A stretch of DNA of 64,000 nucleotides. Source: Macrostomum lignano (taxonomy: Eukaryota). The notes under the pieces are model-generated. The model saw nothing but the letters and a program-made list of their open reading frames with translations. It made no database searches and was not told the origin of the DNA. The stretch is taken from the NCBI GenBank assembly GCA_002269645.1, contig NIVC01002077.1, forward strand, positions 62,001-126,000. Reading direction: 5' to 3'. The translations under genes and the position numbers were made by a program. Positions 11,125-51,085 of this stretch are shown in pieces. The stretch's first letter is position 1; every line of letters starts with the position of its first letter.

Positions 11125-12807
11125 CCCTGGTGTTTTGCTTTCGGAGAATGCATGTTATATCATTTTAACTTTGAATTTGTCTGAGTAAATGAAATCCGCC
11201 AGTGCAAATACATCCTGATCAGAAAACGTATTTGCTTTGTCTATGGTAAGCACAGATACTACGAGTAGAACAACTATATTTATTCAGCTAATTGTTTCAC
11301 TATCTGTGAAGGTAAGAAAATAAGGTGTCTATGGTAAATTTAGGTAAGACAGTGGGTGAATCTCGTCTATTGAAAACTAGACCAATTTCTTGAAATCATT
11401 ATGCCTTGCTTGTTGTCAGATATGCCCCATACGATAATTTTGTCTGTGGATCGCTATAGACAATACGTTTTAAACAAGGACGAGACTGGAGACAACTCGC
11501 AATTGAACTTGACACCAAGAAGACAACTGCCAATTACATCATCAGGAGATGTGTTGGAGGCTTTGATTGATCTTAATGCGCGTGGAGGTGCAGTGAGACC
11601 AAAGTTTTTGATGAGATGCTCGGTGCGCTGACGAGGTCTGTGGAAGAGAAGGCGACTCTGACCCTCAAAGAAAGCTTGTTGTAGATTTTCCTGCAGCTCC
11701 CAATATGACAACGCAGACAATGAGTCATCGGATTGACGGGACTTTGTGCATTACATTGAAGGATGCACGACGACTTCATAGAGATCGGAATAGTGACGTG
11801 GCACAAGAGGTCAGATTCGTGTACACACATGACCTGCATGCTGGAGGCTGACGAATTTCCTTTACTTAAACAAATTCGAAGTCACGTTCTCTACAAAATT
11901 CCCATAGACGACATTCACCCTCTTCTCCTAGATTGAGCGTTATATAGTTTTGCACACTCACTATTCCCTGAAACTTGGAATAACATCTACAGCGTCATCT
12001 GATTCTGTATAGTTATCTTTATACCGTACACTTCTATCTATTATAATATACATTGAAGACTAAGAGACACGCGTTCATAGTGTACTTGAACGTACGAGCG
12101 TAGATCGGGTATTCGATTTAATGAAGTTCCTCATTTTCACTCAGCCAACAGTCCGATATTTCCTGGAATAGGTAAACAATTTAAGAAGCAGATCTGCGCA
12201 ATTCCTTTTCCAAGTCAAGAAAAAGCAAAAAGGAATTTCACACTTAATCTTGCTACCAGAAGGAAGTTAATCGCTCATGCAAATAATCTTGGGCAAGATA
12301 TTTCTCAACGATCATGATGAAAAAAACTCAGCAAGTTGCATCCCGAGCCACTTTTTGTACTTTTTCTACTAGGAATTAACTTGAGCAAGTTTACCTTTCG
12401 ACTGCAGAACCATTTTGCCCAATCGCGAATATGTTTTCATTCGGAGCAAATTTTTGTTTTAAACCACACAGCGAAATTGCTGCTGGTTTTGAGCCGTAAA
12501 ATCTGTTTTACTGCCAGTCGGTTTTAGTAGCAAAAGTTCAAGCCGTAAAGGTTAAAACAAACACTTTAGCCAAATTAACTTCTCAAAGCGAAGAAAGGTT
12601 AGTCATAAAAGTTACCACCTAATTTCAGTCTCGAAAGTTTACGAAATTCAATTGCGACACTGAATAATGATGTCGACTTTTACAAAAAGTACTTCTTTGC
12701 AGTTAAAGCTCTGGGCCCAGACTGCAATCTCTACCTATGTAGAATGGAGGAGCGCATTCTCTTTCTCGGTAATTATTGCAGCCCTGCATGTGACTTGGCT
12801 GGGGGCA

Positions 12808-13135
<328 letters not shown>

Positions 13136-14212
13136 CAAGCAACCCAAGCTCAAGCTGCAGTTGGTCAGTGACAGCCTATTAGCAGCATCGAATAGGAATT
13201 CAGTTGCACATGACGGATGCAGCTGAGTTGCAGGTGAAGGAGGCAGCTGAGTTGCAGATGAAGGGGGCAGCTGAGTTGCAGATGAAGGAGGCAGCTGGGT
13301 TACATGCCATGCTGACTGTCATTCGCGCGCAGACAATTTCTCAGGGCCTTTCTGGACTGTGTGAATTGATCTGAGGTTTTTTTTCGAATTCCCATTGGAC
13401 CTTTCATTACGATTCATCTATTTTTAGACCTTCTAGGATTAAGTCCGACCTTACAGAACAGGGTGCAAAGTTTGACAAAAAGAAAGAAGTACTACAAAAG
13501 CAAATCCAAAATGTCTGTCTCGACCACTGAGAATAAAAAGTAAAACTCGCCCTGACAGCTGTGGGAAAGTTTAGCATTGACTTTATTTCGCATTTCCGGA
13601 TCAGCTTGTCTGCTGCAGTCACTTGGATTGGAAGCGTGCGAACCCCATACTGCTGCACTGACTGCTTATGAATGAGAATTAAATGGCCTATTAAAATTTA
13701 GTTCAAAAGGCGGCATTTGAATTTTTTTCGGTGCTATTTTTAGGATGAAGAATTAAACTTCAATAGCGATTTGAAGTTGCTCAGTTATGAAATCTAGCTC
13801 GTGCACTAGCAATCAGCGCCCCCCGTTGGGGAGCCAAAAAATGCAGTACAAGTTTTGTAATAAACTACATGTAGCATCTCTTTGCAATATACCTCAACAG
13901 TCCCTTGTTAGCCTTAACATGCCAGCAATCCCCCCCACAAGCCTTAACATATCAACTCCCCCCCCCACTTGACATCTCAGCGATGCCCCCATAAGCCTTG
14001 AAATCTTAAAAAATCTGTCAACCTTCTAACCCTCACCCAATGTGGTAATAATTGCATGTAATTTTACCAAGAAATCATCCCAGACAGAGAGCACATTCCA
14101 GTTTAATAAAATGCTTCTTAGAAATTCAGACACGAGGAAAATTGTCTGCTTGAAAGTTGCTAAAAGAATAAAATCCTTACTCGTAAAACTGTGTCTCTGG
14201 TTTCTGGGTCGT

Positions 14213-14520
14213 GGCCAATCTTCAACGTGCAGCACCGCTGACTGATAATGCATGCTTGAATTGTCTATGGCCAATCTTCAACGTGCAGCACCGCTGACTG
14301 ATAATGCATGCTTGAATTGTCTATGGCCAATCTTCAACGTGCAGCACCGCTGACTGATAAGGCATGCTTGAATTGTCTATGGCCAATCTTCAACCTGTAG
14401 TACCGCTGACTGATAAGGCATGCTTGAATTGTCTATGGCCAATCTTCAACGTGCAGTACCGCTGACTGATAAGACATGCTTGAATTGTCTATGGCCAATC
14501 TTCAACCTGCAGTAACGCTG
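14213..14520. repeat. 56-bp tandem repeat (~5.5 copies)
   Basis: ggccaatcttcaacgtgcagcaccgctgactgataatgcatgcttgaattgtctat recurs at 14213, 14269, and onward. Confidence 0.93.
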
Positions 14521-14592
14521 ACTGCAGAGAATGTACTCGTACGAAATGTCTGTTCGAGAGACAACTGTTCGCCACTGATAAAGTCCAAGTAT

Positions 14593-14661
14593 GTCGAGAA
14601 TCGAACCCCAGACCTATCAGTTGTGAGTCGATCCGACGCTCTAACCACTAAGCTACAACCC
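14593..14661 (-). mobile_element. tRNA-derived SINE head (truncated copy)
   Basis: Reverse complement GGTTGTAGCTTAGTGGTTAGAGCGTCGG...GGGGTTCGATTCTCGAC has Pol III A and B boxes and matches the SINE head at 23655. Confidence 0.75.
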
Positions 14662-15325
14662 CACTGAGCTGAGAACTGATTCGAATCTGCAGTAGCTGCT
14701 GTACGAAGTGAAGCTGAGGGTCAATCAAGGTCATCGAGCAGGCGGAGCAGACGGCTGGTACTAAAGGCCCGCGTGTTTTCAGAAGCTGAGCACAACTCAA
14801 ACTCGAGAGAGGTTTTAATCCAAAGTATAACACAACGCAAACCTCAGACGTCTGGCTGTAAAAGTTGTACTTTTTCACCGAAAGTGTTATAAACAATGCA
14901 GGGCGCGAAACTGCGAAGAAAACAAATGCGACGGAAGCAATGAAAAATAAAAGTGCTGAACCGATTGCTTCCCAGTCTGCTTCTGCGCAAGCGTTAATTG
15001 ATTTCAGTTGAATGCTCGGTGGCGCGTGCCAGACGAGAAAGGTCGGCTACATTCTGTTGTGTCTCAGCTCAGCCAACTTTTTGCATTCGTTAGTTCGGAC
15101 GATCGATACAGCGATGGAGAATTTTCGCTTCCCACACCAGCCCTGCCCGCCAGAGGAAGCCTGATCAGGTTCCACTTTGAAATTTCTCACTCCGAAAGAA
15201 ATTGCGAAGTTTTCGTGAGGCCGCATTCCTGGGAGCCGATGCCACCCCTTCACGCCCCTGCCCGCCAATTGCTACACTGTCGCAGAATTCAAAGTCTGAC
15301 GCGACCACCCCCCGAATTTGAAGTC

Positions 15326-15333
15326 TATAAATA
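15326..15333 (+). promoter_or_regulatory. candidate TATA box of the P450 gene
   Basis: TATAAATA about 30 nt before an initiator-like TCACTT (15354-15359) and about 120 nt before the ATG. Confidence 0.5.
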
Positions 15334-15447
15334 TGGCAGCGCATCCTGGCTCCTCACTTAAAGTCTTTCGACAACTTGCAAGAAAAGCCAACCTGTGATT
15401 TCCCAAACTCGCTCTTTCACTTCTTCACTCTCACAATCCTTGGCAAC

Positions 15448-15629
15448 ATGGACTCCGCTGACAAGTCTAGCAGCAAGGTCCTGACTGAGCGCCGCTACCT
15501 GCTGGCGGCTGCCTGCCTCCTGCTGGCTCGGCTGGCGCCCTGGCAGCTCAGCATCGGCGCCGCCCTCGTGGCGCTGACGGTGCAGCTTCTGCTCTTCATC
15601 CAGCGAGCCTGGTCGCGGCGAACCAACCG
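15448..15629 (+). CDS. P450 exon 1 (membrane anchor)
   Basis: ATG at 15448; donor CG|GTAAGT. Confidence 0.85.
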
Positions 15630-17292
15630 GTAAGTTTCTTATTTCTGCAACAGGACTATCCGTCTGTCAATACGTACCTCAAATAAATATTAAATCAACC
15701 GCAGACCGCAGAAGTCGGTCCCGCCGCTGGTTCCGGGCCTGCCGCTAATCGGCAGTGGACACGAGTTCCGGCGCAACGCGGTGCCCTTCCTGCTGAACTG
15801 CCGGCGCAAATTCGGCGACATGTTCACCTGCAACTTCCCGCTCGGCCAGAAGATCCACTTCCTGATGAATCCGCACTACGTGCAGCAGTTCTCCAGCACT
15901 CGCAGCTTCGACTTTCACCCGATCCAGCGCGTAGTCAACTCGAACGTGTTCCGCTTCCAGGCGCCGCAGGAAACCAAAATGCTGCGTCACATGTGCAAGC
16001 ACGCCCGCCTGGCTTTCGACACCGATGCGACCGTCTTCAGCGGACACGCCAACCGGAGCTTCAAGCTGGTGTCGGACGGCCTTCCGCTAGCCGACAAAGA
16101 GCCCAAGGAGATTTTGGTGAACGACTTTATCACCGAGACCATGTTCCGCTCCATCTTCAACACTGTCTACGGCGACTGCGACAGCAAAGAGTTCAACTAC
16201 CGGGCGGTCAAGCAGCTGTTCAAGCCGATTCACAAGTCCTTCATCTACATCTGGCTGGGCTTGCCCAGCTGGCTGTTTCCCAGCACCGAGGCGGCGTGGC
16301 GGACGATCTACAAGGTGTTCCCCGGGGCGAAGCAGCTGCTGCAGGAGGGCACCGCCAATGCCTACGTGCGCGACTGCCTGAGCAAGTGGCTGGACGGCAC
16401 CTGGACAGAGGAGACCGTGGCAGGGCACAACATGGTTTACCTGCACGTGTACCACAACAACTGCAAGATCGCTTTCTGGCTCATCAACAACCTGATGCAC
16501 AATCCTGAGCAGGCTGCCAAATTGCTGGAAGAGATCGAAGCCGTCGTTGCGCCCGACGACGAGAAAGACTCGAACAGTTACCGGGTGTCAGTGGAGACGC
16601 TGGAGTACTTGCCGATTCTTGGTAAGTTGAATGTCCTGCTTTCCAAAGTGCATGTGTGCTGCGCAACATCGCCAATCCACTGTCTTTTCGTTACGCTGGT
16701 ATCAAACCGTTTGCTTACAGGAAGCTGCGTCCAGGAGACTTACAGACTCGCATCCGGCTTGTTCCTGATGCGCGAGGTCACTGAGGACACCCAGTTCAGC
16801 ATGGAGGACGGCCAGGCGTGGAACCTGAGCAAAGGAGACCTCATCAGCATGTACCCACCATCGTTTCATCGGGATCCGACAATCTATGATGATCCGGAGG
16901 TGAGCTGACAATTCAGTGACAAATCATTAACCTGCGAGTCTCAAATCTGAGGTGTTAACAACCACCCACCCTGCCAACTGTTTTAGTCTTTCTGCATTGA
17001 CCGTTTCGCCGGCGAGTTCCGTCCCTGCTACGAAGGCCGCGAGGTGAAGCGACCGGTGCTGCCCTACGGCGTCCTCTGCCCCGGCCAGCGACTCTCCATG
17101 CTGCAGCTGAAGCTGTACACCTGCTGCCTGCTGCTGAACTACCGCCTCACGCCCTGCCCGGACTCTCCGCCAGCCGAGTACGACTTCGCCTCCTACGGTG
17201 ACGAGATCCTGCCGCCAACTCAGCCGGACTGTCGCATGGGGCTGCAGCTGCGCTCCGGATCTTTTAAGCCGCTGCACCTCGTCCAGCACTGA
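15448..17292 (+). CDS. cytochrome P450, clan 7-like (CYP7/8/39-related) (whole gene, 4 exons, 527 aa)
   Basis: join(15448..15629,15705..16621,16721..16899,16987..17292) = 1584 nt, in phase. Has an N-terminal anchor, PPLVPGLPLIG proline hinge, RSFDFHPIQ, ExxR (ETYR), SFHRDPTIYDDPE, IDRF and heme Cys in PYGVLCPG. Clan assignment from recalled CYP7-like motifs. Confidence 0.9.
15705..16621 (+). CDS. P450 exon 2
   Basis: Acceptor caaccgcag|A; open frame through the I-helix; donor G|GTAAGT. Confidence 0.9.
16721..16899 (+). CDS. P450 exon 3 (ExxR)
   Basis: Acceptor gcttacag|GA gives GSCVQETYR; donor GAG|GTGAGC. Confidence 0.9.
16987..17292 (+). CDS. P450 exon 4 (heme-binding Cys)
   Basis: Acceptor ttttag|TCT gives SFCIDRF...PYGVLCPGQ...; stop at 17290-17292. 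Confidence 0.9.
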   Translation, partial: SFCIDRFAGEFRPCYEGREVKRPVLPYGVLCPGQRLSMLQLKLYTCCLLLNYRLTPCPDSPPAEYDFASYGDEILPPTQPDCRMGLQLRSGSFKPLHLVQH

Positions 17293-18144
17293 CGAACCGC
17301 TGCAGACATCGAACTATTTAACTTGATAAGACATCTTCATAGTTTATTATCATTTTTTATCGCACTGATTCAATGTCACGCTCACTGATAAGCAGAGGCT
17401 GTTTATTGTTTCGATTTTTTCGCGACCAACATACTTTACGGACAAGTTGAGTCGAACAACCACCCCATTCTGTTCTGTCTACGAAGACAATAAATTCGAA
17501 CGATTTCAGATTCTAGAAATTTTTGCTGTCAGATTAAGTTTGTTTGAAATGAACTTTTACATGGCAGATCACTAATTGTTTATTATCGACGATCCGAACT
17601 GATTCCATTTTTTTCTGCCGCGATTGAAAACCGCGTATGACATTTTCAGAAAGCGAAAATTGAATACACGATCGGCCAAACTTATTATACTCGGTTGAAT
17701 GCCAACAACTGACCAGACATATCATTATAACTTGTTTTGTACTTTTTTGTTACCAAAACAAGCTGTGAAAAGTGCAGCGACATTTGATCGGTAAGAAAAT
17801 TCTTTATTTTCACACAGCCAGTCCAGACATTTGCGCAGCAGTCAGTGAACTTAGAATCTTTAATTCACAATTGTATCGGTGCGGAAACCTGACTCTCTAC
17901 TGGCAGTAGTTTAGTGACGAAGTTTAAATTCGTCTCGAAAAATAAAATACGGCCCATGAAATTGTCGAGAAGGGCATCACAGACTCTCAATTTAGAATTC
18001 TGTTTCATAAGCAAACGAACTTCAAAACTTTCAAAAGCAGTGTGTCTCTCAGAGTGCCCCCAGAATGTCATCCCCATCCCCAAATGTCACCCCAAAAGTG
18101 CCTCCAGAGTGCCCCCAGAGTGACCCCCAAAGTGCCTCCAAAGT

Positions 18145-18815
18145 GCCCCACCCCAAGAGTTCTCCCCAAAGTGTCCCACCCCAAGAGTTCTCCCCAAAGT
18201 GCACCACCCCAAGAGTTCTCCCCAAAGTGCCCCACCCCAAGAGTTCTCCCCAAAGTGCCCCACCCCAAGAGTTCTCCCCAAAGTGCCCCACCCCAAGAGT
18301 TCTCCCCAAAGTGCCCCACTGCAAGAGTTCTCCCCAAAGTGCCCCACCCCAAGAGTTCTCCCCAAAGTGCCCCACCCCAAGAGTTCTCCCCAAAGTGCCC
18401 CACTGCAAGAGTTCTCCCCAAAGTGCCCCACCCCAAGAGTTCTCCCCAAAGTGCCCCACCCCAAGAGTTCTCCCCAAAGTGCCCCACTGCAAGAGTTCTC
18501 CCCAAAGTGCCCCACCCCAAGAGTTCTCCCCAAAGTGCCCCACCCCAAGAGTTCTCCCCAAAGTGCCCCACCCCAAGAGTTCTCCCCAAAGTGCCCCACT
18601 GCAAGAGTTCTCCCCAAAGTGCCCCACTGCAAGAGTTCTCCCCAAAGTGCCCCACCCCAAGAGTTCTCCCCAAAGTGCCCCACCCCAAGAGTTCTCCCCA
18701 AAGTGCCCCACTGCAAGAGTTCTCTCCAAAGTGCCCCACTGCAAGAGTTCTCCCCAAAGTGCACCACCGCAAGAGTTCTCCCCAAAGTGCCCCACCCCAA
18801 GAGTTCCCCACCCCA
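18145..18815. repeat. 28-bp C-rich minisatellite (CCCCAAGAGTTCTCCCCAAAGTGCCCCA)n
   Basis: Period 28, about 24 copies, with CCC/CTG variants; intergenic between the P450 and Ig genes. Confidence 0.96.
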
Positions 18816-19231
18816 GAGTAACCCCCAGAGTGCCCCAGAAGAGCGCTTACAAGAAAAAGCCCCCCCCCCCCCAAAAAAGCGCCCCAAGCAGCTGACCACA
18901 AGAAATCGCTCTACGAAGAAAGCTTCCCAAGAAACCCAGCCACAAAGCGCTTCCCAGACGGCACCTCCTACAAGCTCGCACGGCTCCATAAATGCCCGCG
19001 AGTCTGATAGCTTATTTTACACTTCCTCTAGGAGGAGCTGCTTATCCCCAGTAGGCTGCATTCCAATACTGGCTTGGCCAATCGCGGGGCCCCATCGCTG
19101 CAACTGCTTCAGTCCCGACAGCCAACCCCAGCCCTTCCCAGTCTCCCAAGCCTTCATCAAGGGATGCTGCTGCGGATCTCCATAGCCTTGCGCATCCTCA
19201 GACCTGTCTCCTAGCCTGCAGCATCCGATCA

Positions 19232-45845
<26,614 letters not shown>

Positions 45846-46380
45846 CCAGCCGAGTGACCCTGGAACTGGTCCAGTGCGCTGCTCAGCTCGCGCTTCGATT
45901 CGTCCATAAATTTGGAAAATTACTCGTATATATTCGTAATTTTAATTTAAAAAAAGAACTGCTAATTGATTGATTTTTTAGTTTGAAAACAAAAATATGG
46001 ATTCTGATAATCATTTACTGAGACTACAATATAGAATATGCTTCTATGAGCAAATCGTAATGCTTTCCATTAAAATTTTGAGCAAATCGCAAAGTATTAT
46101 ATATAATTAGGTGAGAATTTCTAATCAGTGCCGCGCACTAACTGCGTCCTTGCCTCACTGATTATCCCTCACGTGTCCCGAGTGCACGCCAGGAAAGAGA
46201 CTTCGGCGATCCTGTCTAAGCTTATAACTGCCGTTTATTGAAATCAAATTCAAATTCGCGCCAATTGTTTAAACAACCTTGAAAACGCTGCTGAAAAACT
46301 TTTTAATATCCATTAAACACATAAAACACACAGAATGTACTTTATCAGACTTTAAAAGACAGTATTTAAATAAAATTTAG

Positions 46381-47113
46381 ACGTTTCGTAGAAAATGTTA
46401 GGGAGGCTGGTTTTCGCAAGAAAATAGACTACGCGATGATGGAAGCTTTCATTTTTCACCGCAAAAATTGTTATTGCTTTCTTAGAGCCTTTCTTAGGGC
46501 TCAATTGGTATTCATAAAGCTTTTTGTTTAGAAAATCAAAATTCTATGTAAATTGTTTACTCAACGTAAATTTCCTGTACCTAAAAATCATGAAAATGCA
46601 CGGATTTAATAGAATATTTTTGGATAAAATAATCTTTTTTTAACATCTCTGCTACACATACGAGCGCGCATTGTCACACGCAGTCAGCTAAGAATGACAA
46701 AATAGATTAATAAAACCAATGAGCCGAGCCGTGCCATTTTAATGGTTTTTAGGCAAAGGATCCATATGCCATTGTACGTAGAATATGAAATTAACCAAGG
46801 ACTTCTAGACTAGAAGTCTAGAAGTCCTTGAAATTAACATAGAATCCAGATTTTTTTTAACGAAAAAAGCTTTTTGAATATTAATAGAGCTATAAGAAAG
46901 GCACAACATATCAAAAGATGAACATTGGGTCTGCCTCCTATCGAAACAAAACCAAAAGTAATGATTTAAGTTTTTCCCTTTAAAAAATAACAAATAAATT
47001 AATTGAGTATATAAACAAAACAATTTTAATCTGAAAAAGTGGAATGTTCCTGTTCCGTAGTTCATTTTTCGGCGAAAACCAGCCTAGCCTCATAAACATT
47101 TTCTAAGAAACGT
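46381..47113. mobile_element. MITE-like element with ~55-bp imperfect inverted repeats
   Basis: 46381-46433 (acgtttcgtagaaaatgttagggaggctggttttcgcaagaaaatagactacg) matches the reverse complement of 47056-47113; AT-rich non-coding interior. Confidence 0.55.
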
Positions 47114-48279
47114 ACTTTTCCGTCCTACTTGAGTAGTCCTTGATTCAGACGTTAATTATATACAAATTCAAATTCGCGCCAAACAACCTCGTTGTCCAAA
47201 TTCTTCCAAAAGCAGGATTTCAACTGATGAACGGCTTAATTAAAGCTTGTTAAGCAATGTCTTCCAGCGGCGGGAAATTTGAATTTGATTTAATTTAACA
47301 AAAAAAGTCCACAGGATCCCCTTGAAAGTAAGGTACTATTAGTAATATGCAGGCAAGTTTGGCTTTAACTTATAAACTATAAGCTTTTATATAATAGCCA
47401 GTTAATCAATTTTCCTCGAAAAAACGGCATAAACCTTTTTTACAATTCGTACCTATAGCTATATATTTATATTTATATATCGGTCTGCTTAAAATAGCTT
47501 TCTTGACGCGTAAACAATGAAATCATGCCGATTTTTTATTCTCTGCAACCACCGACACTACACATTTGTATTCCGACTGACCATTGTGTACTACTTGAAG
47601 GGCTGGCTAACTGGTCAGTATCCGATAATAACGCAAATATAAGTATACTTATGTTATATTAAAAGTACAGCCTGTATGCGCGCAACCAACTAATACAAAG
47701 TACATAGTGTACAAATGCATTAACACGCAAGATACGGAACCAGTCCTTGATTTTGTACTTTTGCAAAGCGAAAGAAACAAATCAGCATTGAAGTCTGGAG
47801 AAGTTCTAAATTTGTTTGTTTTGAGTTGTAGTTGGTTTCTCAAGTGAGCCATCTCAGAATGAATATTATTTTATTTTTTTAATAGTAATAAATAATGCGA
47901 CGCCAAGAGATGCTGTGCAGTACAGGTCTGTTGGGCCGGATTCAAGAGTAGACTCAGGCAATACAATAAAGCAAATAGGCATATCAGCAAGTACAAAACT
48001 GAACACAAAAATGGACTAAAACAAAAAATAAATGAAAATTAGCAAATAAACTCAGGGGCAACAAACAGGGCTGACGGACAGGCAGGCAGAATATCGGCGT
48101 GACTGCACAAGCAAAACCGAGGCAAAAGCGTGCAACAGTTATCAAAGCGCTGAAAAATTGAAACTAAATAACACTATGACTATAAACTGATTGATAAGAA
48201 ACTGATTGATTGACTGATTGATTAAACGAACTGAGTTTTTGGTTAAAAATTAAAAAGCCATAATTAGTTTCCACTCAGG

Positions 48280-48920
48280 AACATAAAGTTTCCACTCAGG
48301 AATAGGAAGTTTCCACTCAGGAATAGGAAGTTTCCACTCAGGAATAGGAAGTTTCCAATTGGGAATAGCAAGTTTCCAATCGGGAATAGCAAGTTTCCAA
48401 TCGGGAATAGGAAGTTTCCAATCAGGAATAGGAAGTTTCCAATTGGGAATAGCAAGTTTCCAATCGGGAATAGCAAGTTTCCAATTGGGAATAGGAAGTT
48501 TCCAATCGGGAATAGGAAGTTTCCAATTGGGAATAGCAAGTTTCCAATCGGGAATAGCAAGTTTCCAATCAGGAATAGGAAGTTTCCATTCAGGAATAGG
48601 AAGTTTCCAATTGGGAATAGGAAGTTTCCATTCAGGAATAGGAAGTTTCCAATTGGGAATAGGAAGTTTCCATTCAGGAATAGGAAGTTTCCAATCGGGA
48701 ATAGCAAGTTTCCAATCGGGAATAGGAAGTTTCCAATCGGGAATAGGAAGTTTCCAATTGGGAATAGGAAGTTTCCAATCGGGAATAGGAAGTTTCCAAT
48801 CGGGAATAGCAAGTTTCCAATCGGGAATAGGAAGTTTCCAATCGGGAATAGGAAGTTTCCAATTGGGAATAGGAAGTTTCCAATCAGGAATAGGAAGTTT
48901 CCGGTCAGGAACAGGGAGTT
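48280..48920. repeat. 21-bp minisatellite (GGAATAGGAAGTTTCCAATCG)n
   Basis: Period 21, about 30 copies. Confidence 0.96.
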
Positions 48921-49879
48921 TCCCACGAATTGTCAACTTTGAGCAGAAGAAAAAGCTACCCATTAGAAGAATGACACCCGAAAAATGATGCAGTGAGTCC
49001 AGCAGCAGCTCAGCGTGAAAGAAAGCAGGCGGTAAGCACAGCAAAGATTCAGATCATAACGCAACACAGCGGACGAAAAAAGGCAGGAGACGGACGAGGC
49101 GTGCAAAAAAGGGTAATTAAACTGAGCTAGGAGGATAATTGCAATTTAATTTATGCAGATATAAATAATTAACTTTATTATCAAAATACGCTTACTATAT
49201 ATAATACTACAAGTAGCTACTGAAGTTGAGACGAAAAAAATGTGAAAATAAAAAAATCAGACCTGACAAATAAAACATTTCAGATAATAGTCAGCAGAGC
49301 AGAAATTAGTATATAATATGTTAATAATAATAATAATAATAGTAAAGGGATACTGTTTTGCAGCGAGACTAGACATGACACTGAGATAGATTCGCACTGG
49401 GGTTAGTAAGTACATTGATAATTTTGAGTAAACAAAAAAAACAATTGACAGGTTGCGAGCATTTCATGTATTTATCAGGCGGTGAGTAGAAGAAGACAGA
49501 CAAAAAGAGTTCCGGCTTTACAAAAATCGTTAACAATAAGCAATACATGCTACTCAGTGGCAGAGAAACCGCCACCTTAATCTATAAATAAGCTCTCAAA
49601 AGGGCGTCTGGGCAGGTGCGAATGGGAAGAAAAACTTACCTTTGCATATTACTGATTTAAAAACTACTCGCATTGAACAGTAGTGCTCAACGAGCATGCA
49701 GACCTTTTTTAGTAATACTAGAAAAAAGTTGACAGGCGGAATAGCGAAAATTTACACGCAAAACTCAAATATCAACATTCGATGCATCGCGTGAAGTGCG
49801 CAACAGGAGTTAAATGTTGATACTACATAATCTGAATTGATCGGCATTGGGAGGGGGGTGCGGTTTTATGGAACTGAAT

Positions 49880-50185
49880 GTACATTGATGGGGTAGGTGT
49901 GTTGGGGGACAAATGTACATTACATGTACACCGAGAGATGGGGTGGGTGGATCGGGGAAAGAGTGTACATTGAGGGATGGGGTGGTTGTGTCGGGGAACG
50001 AATGTACATTGAGGGATGGGGTGGTTGTGTCGGGGAACGAATGTACATTGAGGCTGAAACGAGTGTACATTGAGGGATAGGGTGGGTGGATAGGTGAACG
50101 AATGTACATTGAGGGATGGGGTGGGTGTATCGGGGAACGAATGGAATGTACATTGAGGGATTGGGTGGGTATGTCGGGGAACGAA
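49880..50185. repeat. degenerate ~39-bp repeat (GAATGTACATTGAGGGATGGGGTGG...)n
   Basis: About 7 copies. Confidence 0.85.
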
Positions 50186-50749
50186 TATTTTCAATCGTAG
50201 CGTCCCCTAAAATACCCTGGTAGGAACTTAGGTTAGTCTGTTAGCCTGCAGGACACGAGGGTTAAGGAGAAAAAAGTGCTCAAACAAAATCTGGAGTAAA
50301 TAAATGAAAAGCGGGCTGTCTGTACAGTTCTGCAAACACGCACCGAATCAAAAAGCGACCGCTTAACAACGCGCTGGATTGCCAAGTTCAGAGAATGAAT
50401 GAAAAATGACGAAAAGCAGGTCCAAGTAAAAATGACTCGAACGCTAAACTGAGTTGCTATATTAATAGCCAAGGCATTTTGCGGGGCCAATACTGAAACA
50501 GGAAACCGATTGAAAATCACTGACTGACAATATTCGCTACACACTACTAATTTAGTAGGACAGCCGGGTTTGCGAAGACTCGACAAAAACAGCAAAATTG
50601 TCTGACTAAATAAGTTAATAGGCAGTATTAGACTATTATGGTACTCACTGACATTCGTATTCGTACTTCAATTGTTTCACACCTCAAAGCCTGTCAAACC
50701 CTAAAAAACCACATCTAAGCTATCAAGCAACTGGCTTACATAATCATAG

Positions 50750-51085
50750 CTGTAATCGACTGACCCCGTGAACACACCTGTCAATCAACTGACCTGCGTG
50801 AGCACACCTGTCAATCGACTGACCCCAATGTGCACACCTGTCAATCAACTGACCCCAAAGAGCACACCTGTCAATCAACTGACCTGTGTGAGCACACCTG
50901 TCAATCAAGAGGCACCAGTGAGCACACCTGTGAATCAACTGACCACAATGAGCACACCTGTGAATCAATTGACCATTGTGAGCACACCTGTCAATTAACT
51001 GACCACAATGAGCACACCTTTCAATCAACTGACCCCCGTAAGCACACCTGTCAATCAACTGACCCCCGTGAGCACACCTATCAAT
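50750..51085. repeat. 30-bp minisatellite (ACACCTGTCAATCAACTGACC...GTGAGC)n directly 3' of the IQSEC stop codon
   Basis: Period 30, about 11 copies. Confidence 0.92.

Noticed and set aside
11401-11930. Coding-looking stretch with several short ORFs on both strands
   Set aside because: No recognisable motif, consistent splice structure or long frame; possibly a decayed TE, but not supportable.
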